Source of the DNA: Harriotta raleighana
Taxonomy: Eukaryota
Assembly: GCA_050575255.1 (NCBI GenBank)
Contig: JBNZDD010013673.1
Location: 3,786,942 to 3,850,941 of the forward strand
Direction: 5' to 3'
DNA: 64,000 nucleotides
This document shows positions 23,636 to 35,821 of the stretch, piece by piece. A program made the translations under genes and the position numbers. The notes under the pieces are model-generated. The model worked only from the letters and a program-made list of their open reading frames with translations. It was not told the DNA's origin and searched no databases. Numbering within the stretch: the first letter of the stretch is position 1; the number at the start of each line of letters is the position of its first letter.

Positions 23636-24711
23636 TTACAAAATTTTCTCATTTTGTATCCCATTAACAGAATCCTCAATTAAATTTTCAGTAGAAGTTT
23701 GACCTACTTATTTACGCTCATTATTTATCAGTCATTTCCGGGCATTATCAAGGCACACTCTAAGGTGAATTAGTTACAACAAAGATTCCTTTGCTCTTAG
23801 TTCAATAAAACCTAAAGCCCTGCCTCGGACTAGTGTGACACACACAATCCTTGAATAGACCCGCCTGTAATGTTGTGGGTCAACACTCTCAACAACAACA
23901 AAATTACATTTGTATAGCTCTTTTCATGTCAGGAGGACGTCCCAAGGCGCTGAACAGTCGATGTTTCGGACCCGAGCTGGGATACACCATAACCTGTGCA
24001 TGGTTGTAGAGGAGGGTCTTGAGGTAGGACTCGAAGGAGATTGGGGAGGGGACAAGGCATTGGTCTGAAATTGCCCTGATTTGAGTTCATTTAGGATGCT
24101 TTTTGACCAGAGGGGACTTTCATCCCATGAACTGAGGCTGGAATTAAATCCCGGCTTCAGTCCAGGAAATGTAAGGATTCTGTCATCTCTGCTGCCCAAT
24201 CCTACATTTGCTGGTGTGTTCGGTCTAAAGTACACTGGATATCGGAGATATATACACACACGCACATATGGTAACTGCACACAAGGTGGATGATTCATGC
24301 CACATCTATGTAGATATCTGCTAGGTGACAGGTGTGTGCCATGGTCTGCAAAGTATTTGTCCAAACTATTAGTAAATACACGGAGACATCCGGTACAGAA
24401 ACCATACTCCTGATAAATGCACACGATCGTGAAACAGAAAGAAACCAAGCTACTAATTCAGAACGGTAAGCAAACCATTTCCTACTAGTGAGATCTTGTG
24501 ATTGTGATTAGGAGGCACTGGCAAAGGTCATCTTCCTGCCTTTCTCAAAGACATAATAAGGTATTATCTCAAATGTACATCAAAAACCAGCAGCATTATT
24601 ATTATTTCAATCCCCTATTTCAGGAGGAAACATTCTACCTAGGTCTAGATTTCTTCTATTCATCTTTTATTGATGTGGCATTTTGCTAATGGCCTGCAAT
24701 AATGATACAAA

Positions 24712-25075
24712 ATAATCCTTACATTTGATATAATGCTTTATCATGCTTTTGAAAAGCCTCAAAGCAGGTCAGAGTACACTGTAGTGTAGTCGCTGTTTTT
24801 TGTGAGCAAAACACGATAACCAATTGTACATAAAAACAGATATGGATTGAGTAACCAAAAAAAGTGTATATACTATTTGTTAATTTTTAGAGATAATGTT
24901 AACAATATTGGAAAAACATTACTCCAATCTGCTAACAGCCGGATTCTTACTTCCTGCTAGGTAAACAGAGGTGTGTGGTGTAAGGAAATTTACCAAAGAT
25001 TTTACCCCACCTAGTAATCAAACCCATGTCATCTCACTTGTGGGGTGAGTGCTCTAACCGCTGAACTAAAGGACT
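24712..25075 (-). mobile_element. tRNA-SINE long form, near full length
   Basis: Tail ataatccttacatttgatata, central cctgctaggtaaacagaggtg, head gctctaaccgctgaactaaaggact. Confidence 0.8.
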
Positions 25076-28000
25076 GCACTAGAGAATCAATGAGATGAGG
25101 CAATGGTTGGTTTAATCGTGGGTGTGGGAAAGAGAGAATTGACAAATTCAGCGATGGAGTAATCCTTAGACTCATATCTGAAATTGTAGTTGGTGGAATG
25201 GACGAAGGCGAACGAAGCTGACACTTTGTGTTTAAAAATTCAGCTAGTTCAGATCAAATGCTAATTAGAATCATGAAAAGATAATGAGCCCTTTTTGGTT
25301 TCCATTTGCCCATGGTTTTTTTTAGGACCAGTTCTTTCCAAAATCCCCGATGTGTACTGTAATTTATTGCTGGTTGCCACAAAGAGGATTACAATGACAA
25401 CGTGGCCTGTGCTACTGGAATGTTCAAAGTGTCCCAGAATCCGTGTGTTAAAAGGCTGCCAAGTCATTTATTATATACCCAGAGACAACATTCCACCCGA
25501 CTGCTTAGCCCATTGCGGCTTTTAGTGGAACAATGGCATCATTTTACTGAGATTGGGTGCTGGCGGAATGAAAGTGCAGTCCCTTACTCTTGGCACATAC
25601 TCTACCCGAGTTCCTACAGTGCTAAAAACATTTCAAGAGTATTAAAATACCAAACAACTTGAGATACTGGGAGGGAGGGCAGGTTCTCTCTTAACCCTTT
25701 GCTGTCCAGAAGTTGGTAGCGGCCAAGTTGGTTTGAAGTTCATTGTGTTGCTAATCGACGGCTTGTTTTAGTGGGGGGTTTTTTCCCCCTTATCCTTCTT
25801 CCTTGGGACGTGGGTGGGACGCAGTCTTTCCCTCCCTCCCCCACTCTCAGTTGAACCTCAACTGGAATAACCCAGGCTTCCGGTGTGTCTACAACGGATA
25901 TTTGCTGCCTCTTTGATGGTCGCCTGTGAAGTAGAATAAATAATTCTTGCATTTGATGCGGCAAGTTATCACATCAAGAGGACATTTGGAAGCGCTTCAC
26001 AGGATATACCGTAAAGTGTGGAGCTGGGGAGGCCAATCTTTATGGTTGTCCAACAAAATCAGTTTTCATGATTGAATATTTCATGATTTATGATATAAAT
26101 CAGAAATATTCAATCATAAAATATCTAAAACACCTGGACGATGGAACATGGACTTACCTAGACTTGTGGGAATATTTGGGGGGTGGATTGAGTGCCTTGC
26201 GGTCCACAGTTTGGCCACCACTCATCCAAAGAGTGAATTTACAGTGTGTTGTTGTATGACACCCAGCCTATGTCTGTGGTGTAGAGGTTGGTGAGCTGAG
26301 GACGTTTGATGTTAACAGGACGTTTAGTGTCAGAGGGCCATAATCTTCTGCTCAAATCGGGGAGCAGTGAAGAGTGTCCTTGGAGTGGAGAGCACAGGCG
26401 AGGAATGGGAAAAATAAACATGGGGTGAAAATGGGAAAGAATTTAGGAAAGATAAGCTCATGCAAGAGAGGAAGAGATGCGAGAAAACGAGAGATGGTGG
26501 ATGAAGTCATGTGAGTAACTCAGTTAGCATCTCAATGAGATGGATTTAGGAATGCACAGTAATATCAGAGAGTAGCAGTGTAGAAACATTTGTTTTAAAC
26601 ATTCAGCTGCTGAGAACCTTTACCTGCGTGATCTGAACCAAACTACGTTTACTGCAAACCCAATGTGTTTTTTTTTGTTAAATCAAATGTACCTTTGTGT
26701 TATTAAATGGATTGAAAGTCAAAGCATGCATTAAGTCAGCCTGTGCAGCAAGTGGTATGTTTAAGTAATTAGCACGGATGCTCTTGGCTGAGATAGAGAA
26801 GGGATTGCTTTTCACATTGCAAACTAACTAACCTCCAGCTGGGAACCTAAGATCCAAGATTATTTTCGGGTTCTTTGTGGCAGAGTGTGTGTATAGTGGA
26901 TCACTGCTGGTGGAATTCTGTTTATAATCTGACACACTGCTGCTGTTTGGCTGTGCTCCATCCTCACTCCAGTTGCAGTTGAACAGTAACAGGACTGTCT
27001 TACTTTGAAGTCAGCCAAGAATGCAGACTGTTTTTTTTCTTTTTCTTCTTCGTCTTTTTCTTTAAAACAAACCCCCCCCCAAAGTGTTAAATAAACCCTC
27101 GTCAGCAACAAAATATGTCATTCCAGCTTTGTGCGGATATTCAAAGGCATACGTCATCTAAGGTTTAAGTCTCCATCGCACCTCGTCTCGACCAATATTA
27201 TTTCTTCCAGGCTCTGGTGAGTTTGTGTCTCCTGTTTGTTTTTTTGCCTTGTGGTTTCTGAGAGTTTCATTTCCACAGTAACTGTGTTCGGAATGTTTTA
27301 GCATCCTAATGAAAAGTGTGATAGTACAGTACTTTGAAGATCTGATTTGCTGTAGCTAATAACTCAGGTGTAAACCGGAGAAAGGTTTGTAATTCCCAGG
27401 TTTGGTTTTATTGACCTACTCAACCATTTCTCCCCTCCCTCAATGATCAACCCTCCCGGCATCCCGCACCCCGCTCCCCTCCCCCACCACCCACCAACCT
27501 TCACTTTACACTAAAGGTATTGTCGTTGTTCTGAAAACACATTGCTGACCGGCTCACGTTTCAGCTTTGAACAGAATTGAATAGGAAGAGGAACTTTGTG
27601 GTTAGTTTAGAAAACAGCAGCATTTGCATTTGTCTGCATTTGTGCAGAAGGAAGGAAATGGTCTCAATGCCTTTTCTGGGGGTGAAATCTGACGAGCAGT
27701 CTCATTACATGAACGACATGAGAAGCTGAATATGTGAACAGGAATGGAAGCTTTTCTGTTGTTGTTTCATTATTGATTGAAATGTTGCCACTATTCAAAA
27801 AGAGAAGGGAGTTCTCCAAGCCCCCTGGCCAACAATCTGCCACTACCCCCACCAATATAAATTGGTCACTCACTCCACGGCTGCTTGTGGGACATTGTTG
27901 TGCGCAACTGACTGCTTTTAGCCGCTTTTAGCCCGCAAAATACAGTCAATCCCCATTTAATCTATCATGTGAAACGCTTCGAGGTGACTCAATGATGTGA

Positions 28001-29319
28001 TGAGGAGCTATACGAAATGTAAAAAATGATCGTGCTATTGTTAAATGTCACTGTCGCTGAGGTCCACCAGCTTAAGATGTTCTTCAGTGAAACGTGCTGG
28101 AGAAAGTGACAAGTTGCAAGCTGAGAAGGTGCTTTTTGTTGCACTGTTTTTTTTAATCAGTGAATTTACTGAGACAGTTCAGCCGACAAACCACAATACT
28201 GTTGTGTTGCAGAATCTTTCTTGACCACCTCTACTTGAGAAGTCGTTAATGTTACCCTTCTGCGTGTGATTGCCTGTGTGTAGGTGTGTGTCTGTTAATT
28301 ATTTAAAGATTAAATAATGAAACACAATATTGCAAAAGCAAAACGCATGTGATTCCCAATTACTTCTTCCAACACTGTCTTTTTTTTGTCAGTCCTCCAT
28401 ACTTAATTATCATGTCTATCCAAACACATTACTCTATTGCCTCTGTGTATAGACTCCTCTCATAGTATCTCTGTGCACAGACGCCTTTCTTAACAACAAC
28501 TTGCATGTATAGAGCGCCCCTCACAAGGGGGGAGTGTCTCAGAATGCTTGGTTCACTCATAACAATGGTGAAATGTCTGAATTTTAGCAAATTTGAATCA
28601 ATAAAGTGTGGAATAGGCCTATTTGGATGCTTGTGGAAATCGTGTGATTGCTGCTAGTTGAATGTAGCTGATCCGAGTTCACATGAGTGAGCCAGGCCAA
28701 CACACAAGCTTCCAATACAGGGTGTGATGCAGTATTGACATCCTGAAGACCCCCCACTGTCATCGTCCCCGTCGCTCCACTGTCATCGTCCCCGTCCCCC
28801 TGATTTTGCACCAAGCGCTGAGGCTGTGGAGCGCACTGGCACATAGTGTGAGGGGTGCGATTTAACTGCAAGTTGTTTTTATCTGATAATTTAACATTGT
28901 AGATATTTACCTGCAGTGGGAGCTTATATGTCTAAGTCCACAATACAGCAAAGTGCACAATTGCTCGACAACAGCTCTGAGAAGGTATGGGCTGATTGGA
29001 TTTTTGATTTTCTGTACCTTCATTACATGGTAATAAACTGACAGGGAGAGTGAGTGAGGGGCAGAGTAGTAGGACACTATTCTGGCTAATATTGCAGTGT
29101 TTTCCACAAAATTCACAGTCAAATCACTTTGCATTATATTCTATGAAACGCTTTGAGATGTCTGAACTATTTGACAAGATGAAAGATTATTATTTTTTAT
29201 TAGTATTGTTACAATCTACTATTTTATTTGGTTAGGCAAAAGCCTTTTAGTGTAAGCAGTATTCAGTTGATCAACAACACATAGAACAACACGATGAAAA
29301 GATAATATATTGGCGATGT

Positions 29320-29652
29320 GGAGCCGTGTAGCTCAGTGGTTAGAGCATTCGTGTCGCAAGCGAGAGACCTGGGTTCGATTCCCTGGAGAGCAAAATGTTG
29401 GGCAAGTTTGCTTACTCCGCATGCAGCAAATAGGATCTCAGTTGCTAGTCAAATGGTGGATGGCTTATCCAGGGGTAATAATTTCTTCCAAAAAAAAATT
29501 AAATTGGTTACTTCAATCCACGACTGTTTGTGAGCAGTGCTGTGTGGAGTTGCCACGTTTCACCCACAAAATTTAGTGTTCTGTCAAGTGCATTGAGATG
29601 TCTCGAAGACATGATAAGACGCTATATCAAATGCAAGAATTATCATTATTTT
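29320..29652 (+). mobile_element. tRNA-SINE long form, near full length
   Basis: Well-preserved A box gtagctcagtggttagagc and B box ggttcgattcc; tail atcaaatgcaagaattatcattatt. Confidence 0.85.
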
Positions 29653-30266
29653 AAATAAATCTGTTGTTTAGAATTCAGCCCACTTAGTGCTTGAAACTCT
29701 AAACCTAAATCTTGTTTTATATTTTTGGTACATGCTGCAATATTGTTCCGGGTTTATGTTTTCAAACCCATTTAAAACTTTACACACCTCAATAACATCC
29801 CCTCTGAGATGTTTTCTAAGACTGAAGAGGCCTAGCTTGTCTAATAGTTGCTCGCAGCTCTAATACTCAAGACAAACACAACAACAAAATGACATTTGTA
29901 AAGTGCCTTTCACGTCAGGAGGACGTCCCAAGGTGCGGAACACACGGGAATAATCCTCATTGCTCTACTCTGTGCTGCCTTTGCTAATTTACGCAGTTAC
30001 AACCTCATACAGTTGACTTGAATTGCCCCGAGTGTCTTATTATCAATTTATCTGAAAGAATGTGGAAACAAACTTCCAGCTTAATACAAAAAAATCTTCC
30101 TGTAAGTATAATTCTACAATCCGCACAGAAGCTGTAAATCATTTACGAGCTTTATTGTTCCCAGGTCGAACCACTCCTCTGATTATTTGCAACATGGTGT
30201 GAAAGTCTAGGAATTCTGCCAGTCTCACATGACATTCCTTAAATCAAGCCAATATACCAGGTAAGG

Positions 30267-30299
<33 letters not shown>

Positions 30300-30659
30300 G
30301 CATTTAATATAGCGCTTTTCACATTTTTTAGACGTCTCAGTTGTAATCCAGTTACAAATATTTAGGCATCAGCTAACCAAAACAGTGGTTATAGCTACAC
30401 CATTCACTGATAGGTTTGAATTCAGCACAAAGGAAAGGAAGTGAGTGATCATTACCAAATCCCCTGAATTTTTACCTTCTCAGACAGAGGTGTTCTCACT
30501 TTGATGATCAAACCACAAAGATCTGCTGGTCCTCAGGCTTGCCCACTTTCAAGCAAGATCCAATCACCAGCTTGAGGTTTTGATGCCCCTCAAACCCACA
30601 TATAAAGTCAGGAGAGTGTTAAACAGCATCTGGATGTGAATTATCATCTTTCCAAGAGA

Positions 30660-30920
30660 TACAATTTACATTTACGTAGCGCCTTTCACGTCTCAAACAA
30701 CAACCAGCAGTGTAGCATCCTAGAGTGCTTGACCATGTCGGAGCTGAAGGAGAGTGCTCCAGAGGTTTGGGGGTGTGGTAGCTCAAAATGTGGCTGCTGA
30801 AGGTGGAACAGAGAGTATGAGGGACAAGCAGGAAACTAGAGCCAGTCGAGCAGAGGCAGCACCTAGTGGATTGGGGAGTAAGTAGATCGGAAAGGTAGGG
30901 AGGTGGGAGGTGCCACGGCA
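30660..30920 (-). mobile_element. L2 LINE 3' fragment
   Basis: Minus translation PPPYLSDLLTPQSTR; tail at the left. Confidence 0.7.
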
Positions 30921-31160
30921 GGAAAGAATTTTGAGTACTCAAAGTGCTTATCACTGGCTAAGCTTAACTAAGTGCAAGATGGCCTACAATCCTTCAAGTA
31001 CGGGTAGAAAAAGAACAACTCTGAGCCGTTCTGCCATTGAGTGTTTTGTCTGAAGAGTAAGCTCAGCAATTAAATTGTGTTGATGGAATGTTGCAGTAAT
31101 TCGCCCACGAAACACACTTTATATCCTGTGAAGGGCTTTAAGACATCTTGAAGACGTGCT

Positions 31161-31485
31161 AATAATAATAATAATAATCCTTGCATTTGATATAGCGCTT
31201 TCCACGTCTTCTAGAGTCTCAAAGCACTTCACAGAATATGCTGTAAAGTGAATTGATTGTATATTTATGGGCGAAATGCGGCAGCCAATTGTGCACAGCA
31301 GCGTCCCACAAACAGTCGTGGATTGAAATGATCAATTTTATCATTGTGCTTTTTGGGGGGAGGGATTATTATTTGGCGTGTGATGTAAGGAAACTTGCCC
31401 AATGTTTCGTCCTGACCTGCCTGGATTCAAAGACAGGTCTCACAGTTGTAAGGCGAGTGCTCTAATCACTGAGCTACAGGACTCT
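31161..31485 (-). mobile_element. Full-length tRNA-SINE nested inside an older plus-strand SINE tail
   Basis: (AAT)n tail to head gagctacaggactc; the flanks gacatcttgaagacgtgct and ggtgttatatcaaatacc are two halves of another copy. Confidence 0.85.
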
Positions 31486-31794
31486 GGTGTTATATCAAAT
31501 ACCAGGAGCATTATTATCAATATTATTATTATGCAAGTAAAGGATAAGACAAACGTTTCAGGTCGTTGATCCTTTTTCAATATTGACGGTGAAGATCTTT
31601 GAGATGTCTTAAAGTGCTACATCAAATGCAAGGATTATTTTCATATTTTATGATAAAATGCTTTGAACTGTAAATCATAATATTATTTTTACCGTTCACT
31701 TTCAGGAACTGCCTTGCCCTGAATAAGCAGACAGACACCCTGTTAGGATTCGAAACCGTGAAAGATGATCGGCTGACGGAACCCAAGATGAAGC

Positions 31795-32366
31795 ATGGAC
31801 AACTGGGACCAAACACCAGCTGCTCACTCCACAGGCTGTCTCTCTCCGATCAGGTTCACCAGCTTCAAGGATCCATTCAGTCATTGTCGTGGTAAAGGAG
31901 ACTCTGGTTACAGCTCATTCTCCACCTCTTCCAATGCTCCAGAATACCTAGCTTCAGCTCACTTGCATGAGAGTGCTGGTCCGCCAGAGAAGGTGCTTTA
32001 CCGGGAGTCAGAAGTACTGAAACCGCCTAGTATGAAGGGTACAAGGATAGTCTGTGATGCTGACACCATGGGCACTGAAGAGAGAGCTTTATACCAGTCA
32101 ATGAAGAACAACGTAAGTGGTCAACATGATAGTGTCTGTCGTCGATCAGAACCACCTCCACCTCCAACCCGTCATGATAGCTTCCTAGCTACCAGGCAGC
32201 ATGAATGCCTCATCGCTTGCACCAACACCAAGGGGCAGTACAGACACAATGTGATCGAGAGGCAGCCACCAGGAATAAAGACCTTTAAATGTGACCAGCA
32301 ATCTGTAAAGGAATCGGACAGAGCATCTGAGAGAGGGCAAAGCTATTGGCGGCCTCCGTGGATGAG
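31795..32366 (+). CDS. SHROOM1: SHROOM1 coding exon 1 (exon starts at 31706; ATG at 31795)
   Basis: Acceptor cactttcAG at 31704-31705; in-frame TGA at 31789 before the ATG. MDNWDQ..CLSP..KGDSGYSSFSTSS matches the Shroom DSAYSSFS motif close to the start of SHROOM1; also PPPPPTRHDSF. Weak phase-2 donor AG|GTACTC. Confidence 0.8.
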
Positions 32367-32391
32367 GTACTCTTCAACCCCTGATCTTGTA

Positions 32392-32640
32392 GTAATAATA
32401 ACAACAATAATAATAATATTAATAATAATAATAATAATCCTTACATTTGGTATAGCACCTTATCACATCGTCGGGCCGTCTCAAAATGCTTCAATAGAAT
32501 ATACAATAGAAAATGTTGGAAAGTGGATTTTGCAGGTGAAAGACGGCAGCCAATTGCGTGCAGCAGTGTCCCACAAACCATCGGGGATTGAGTGACCAAA
32601 TTATTCTTATTTACTTACTTGTTTGTTTATTTTGAAGGGT
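32392..32640 (-). mobile_element. 5'-truncated tRNA-SINE filling a small SHROOM1 intron
   Basis: (AAT)n-ccttacatttggtatagcacc...cagccaattgcgtgcagcagtgtcccacaaac...gattgagtgaccaaattatt..ttttgaaggg. Confidence 0.9.
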
Positions 32641-34660
32641 ACCCAGACAACACCACTTGATGGAAAGCCCAGAAGCATTTACTTCCAAGAGGAGTGACAA
32701 AGCGCTTCAGAACGATTCAGTTAATCCTTACACTTCCTTTCCTCACCACGGTTCTATTGTCCCCGTCAACTGTTCCGAATCACAGAAACAGGCCTCCATC
32801 GCCTCACAGGCCCATGGAAACAAATCACTGTGGCAACCCAGCCCACAGGACTGTGAGCCACCCCCCATCCAAACACTTTGTACAGTTAATGATGGGGTTC
32901 AGAAAGCAGCAACATATTTAAGTGTCCCTCATGCGGATGCTCAGACATCTGGCAGGGAGTACAGGCCGAAAGAAGCCATCCTCACTCAGGCAAAGAGCTC
33001 AGAAAATGTTACAGACAAAATATCACACCAGAGCAAGACTGATTATAAGCCTCATCTGGACAGAAATTGTAACAACAGAACCTTGGGTACCAAAGGTGCT
33101 GCGAGACGTTCGCCAGTTCGTTTGCCAAGTGTGGATTCACCACTTTTGATCGTTGAGACCCAAACAAGAGAACCAGGATTTAACAGCAGAGGCTACACCA
33201 GCAGCCATGTATTCCACTCTGGCCCCGATGAAAATGCCCACAACCCCAGACCAGTTTCTTCAGTGCTGGAGGCTGCCCAAGCCACGAATCGCAACAAGTA
33301 TTTGAATGAAAGACGAGCAAGCGATTGCACGTCTGGCTATAACACGGAGAGCAGAGCACCTCAGCCGAATCCATATGCCAGTGCAAAGAGCTCCTATATT
33401 GTCGCAGAGGAGCCCCCTCCAAGGCCTGGGTGGCAAGATATAGCGAACGAGTATGCGATCAGTGCGGAAAACACTCCAATGCTGCACCGCCTTACCTCCG
33501 AAAGTAAGCGTTTGGCGAAGAACACAGGGGTCAATTACAAATGGCAGCTGTCTGACCCGGCAAAGGGACCACCAAAGGAAGTGCAGGGAAGCTATTTCGT
33601 GGCTGCCAACTCACACAGCGGGATCGAGTATGGTATGTCGCAGCTACGAAGAGCAAGGAGTTCCACCCAACTCTGCGATGATGGTGGCGGGATTGCCCCG
33701 AATGAAGAATCTCCAGGCCCCGCAGGCTTGTTGACCAATTGCACTAAGTCGGATTACAGAAACAAAATCAAGGACGCACAGACTAAGGTCCTGCTACAGA
33801 CCTCTTTCAAACGCAAGGACCTCCAGTTCAGCTGGCCAAACCGAATCAAGCAGAAGTCAGTGGAGAGACCAACCATCGCACATTTCCGAGCATACTCTCT
33901 ATCCGGCTCAAACCAAGCCCTCAGTGATTCAACAGTCCCATTTCCACAGGGACTGTACGAGTCACTGGACGGCATGCCCGTACTGTCCCAGCACCAGATC
34001 TCTCGCATTGGTGGGAGGAGAAGATTGACGGCAATGCAGAAGAAAATGTGCTTTTCGGAGCCCGAGAAGATAAACCAGTTGGGTTTGTCGAACAGTCAGC
34101 GGAGGTGCTCTTCCACTTTGGAGCAGGGGAAGTCCAACAACTGTCCAGATCCGCAACGAGATCTGAATTGGCTGGCGAGGAGACAGGCGTTAGAAAGTGG
34201 CAGGACTTGCTCGACGTTAAACGTCTACAAGGAGGGGATGAACCAGATTCGTCACGATGTGTTAGCCGACTACATGGAATGCAAGAAAGGCCAGAAACCC
34301 TCCGGAGGAGATCTTGCGGTTCTCGAAAAGCAAAGAGCGGAGCCTGTTCCACAGAGAAACATTTCCGACTGGAATCATAACCCGTTTCCCGGCTCTGGTG
34401 GCGAACCCAAGAAATCCAGGCGCAAATCTGCAGAGATTCTATACGAACCACCGCTGAATTACTCTATGTACCACCAAGGCTACAGTAATGTGTCAGCTGT
34501 GCATCTCTTAAAACAGCCACCAGTTGCTCGATACTTGCGCACGCAGGCAGATAGTCGGAGCTCCAGCAAGTGTGCATCTGATGAGGATCTTCTGGACCAA
34601 CTAGCATTTGATCAGTTCAGTAAACGTGCGAGGTCCAAGTCTTCTCCTCTGCTTCCACAG
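32638..34660 (+). CDS. SHROOM1: SHROOM1 large exon with the ASD1 actin-binding domain
   Basis: Open for 674 codons; ENTPMLHRL, YRNKIKDAQTKVLLQTSFKRKDL, RIGGRRRLTAMQKKMCFSEPEKINQLG (ASD1); ends RARSKSSPLLPQ|GTATAT, phase 0. Confidence 0.9.
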
Positions 34661-35004
34661 GTATATGTGATTTGTATTGATATAGCCCCCTTCGCTCACG
34701 GTAGCATCCTAGAGCGCTTGACAGTGGCGGAGCGTGACGCCAAGCCGGGGGGAGGTGATAGGGGGGAGGTAATTGTAGGCATATTCAAAGAGGAAGGTCT
34801 TCAGGCGTGAACTGAAGGCAGGAAAGAAGTGGGTGAGTAATTACGTAATTGGCTTGGTCTAGCATCAAAATTGCCCACTCCATCCATAATCTCAACCATA
34901 GTATGTCATATGGTGAGTTGGAGGGCAGGGAGAAGCTAACCAATAGGCTGGACTTTGACCTCCCCTCCCTCAGTATTGCGAGATGGGAGACCTCGAGGGA
35001 GATG

Positions 35005-35230
35005 CTAGTAATAATGATGATAATGATAATAATAATCCTTGCATTTGATATAGCACTTTTCACATCTTCTAGATATCTCAAAGCATTTCACAGAATATAC
35101 TGTAAAGTGAATTGACTATTTATTTGTGGGCGAAACGTTGCAGCCAATTGAGCACAGCAGTGTCCCACAAACAGTCATAGATTAAGATGACCAATTTTAT
35201 TATTGTTTTTTGGAGGGATTATTATTAATT
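35005..35230 (-). mobile_element. tRNA-SINE 3' two-thirds
   Basis: aataatccttgcatttgatatagcac...tgtcccacaaacagtc...ttttttggagggattatt. Confidence 0.85.
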
Positions 35231-35362
35231 AAAAAAAAGACAATTAGTTTCCTGAATGAGCACTGACAGAGGCTCGTTAGACTAAACAGCCTCTTTCTAA
35301 ATGATCATTTCTATGTTGCTTGTTGTAAATGTGTGTGGAAACCTTGGTTTTGTCTGTTACAG

Positions 35363-35448
35363 AACATTCAAAAGGATCTATCAATTGGGCTAAATTCACA
35401 AGCCTCATTGTCAAGTTGGATGAGTAACCGGGATAATGTCTCTTCCAG
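35363..35448 (+). CDS. SHROOM1: SHROOM1 small linker exon (86 nt)
   Basis: ttgtctgttacAG|AAC..TCC AG|GTCAGT; open frame NIQKDLSIGLNSQASLSSWMSNRDNVSS; phase 0 to 2, exactly what the flanking exons require. Confidence 0.75.
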
Positions 35449-35583
35449 GTCAGTGACAGAAACTACATGATTTGATAAGTCCCACCTTATCAAATTCCCT
35501 AGGGAGACTGTGAAAGTAGAAAGTGTTGATTATTTCAAAAACAAATTAGATTTCTGTTAGGAAACAAATCTTGGGATACATTA

Positions 35584-35821
35584 CACTTAATCCTCGATTA
35601 ACGTCGCACCTGCATTTCGCAGAAAGTACAACTTTAAACGAACATTCGCCAGACATTCAGAGTCCATGTATGCCTATGCTACCCAAATTAATTAGTTTCC
35701 ACCCATGCGAACGACGTAATATCGAATGTCACTACGTTAAATGAATATATGTTCCTTTATGTATCAGCAACGTTATAACTAAACAACATTGACCGAAGCA
35801 ACGTTAAACAAGGTCTACCTA
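35584..35821 (-). mobile_element. Tigger/MER2-like non-autonomous DNA element (copy 1)
   Basis: Homologous in reverse orientation to 59025-59289; TA-flanked, imperfect TIRs cacttaatcctcgattaacg / cgttaaacaaggtctacct. Confidence 0.75.

Noticed and set aside
29320-29392. tRNA-like sequence with good A and B boxes
   Set aside because: No acceptor-stem pairing and it continues into the SINE body; it is a SINE head, like the other tRNA-like segments.
32367-32595. Hydrophobic poly-Ile C-terminus of ORF 31795-32595 resembling a transmembrane helix
   Set aside because: Read-through into the (AAT)n SINE tail; it would matter only if the intron were retained.
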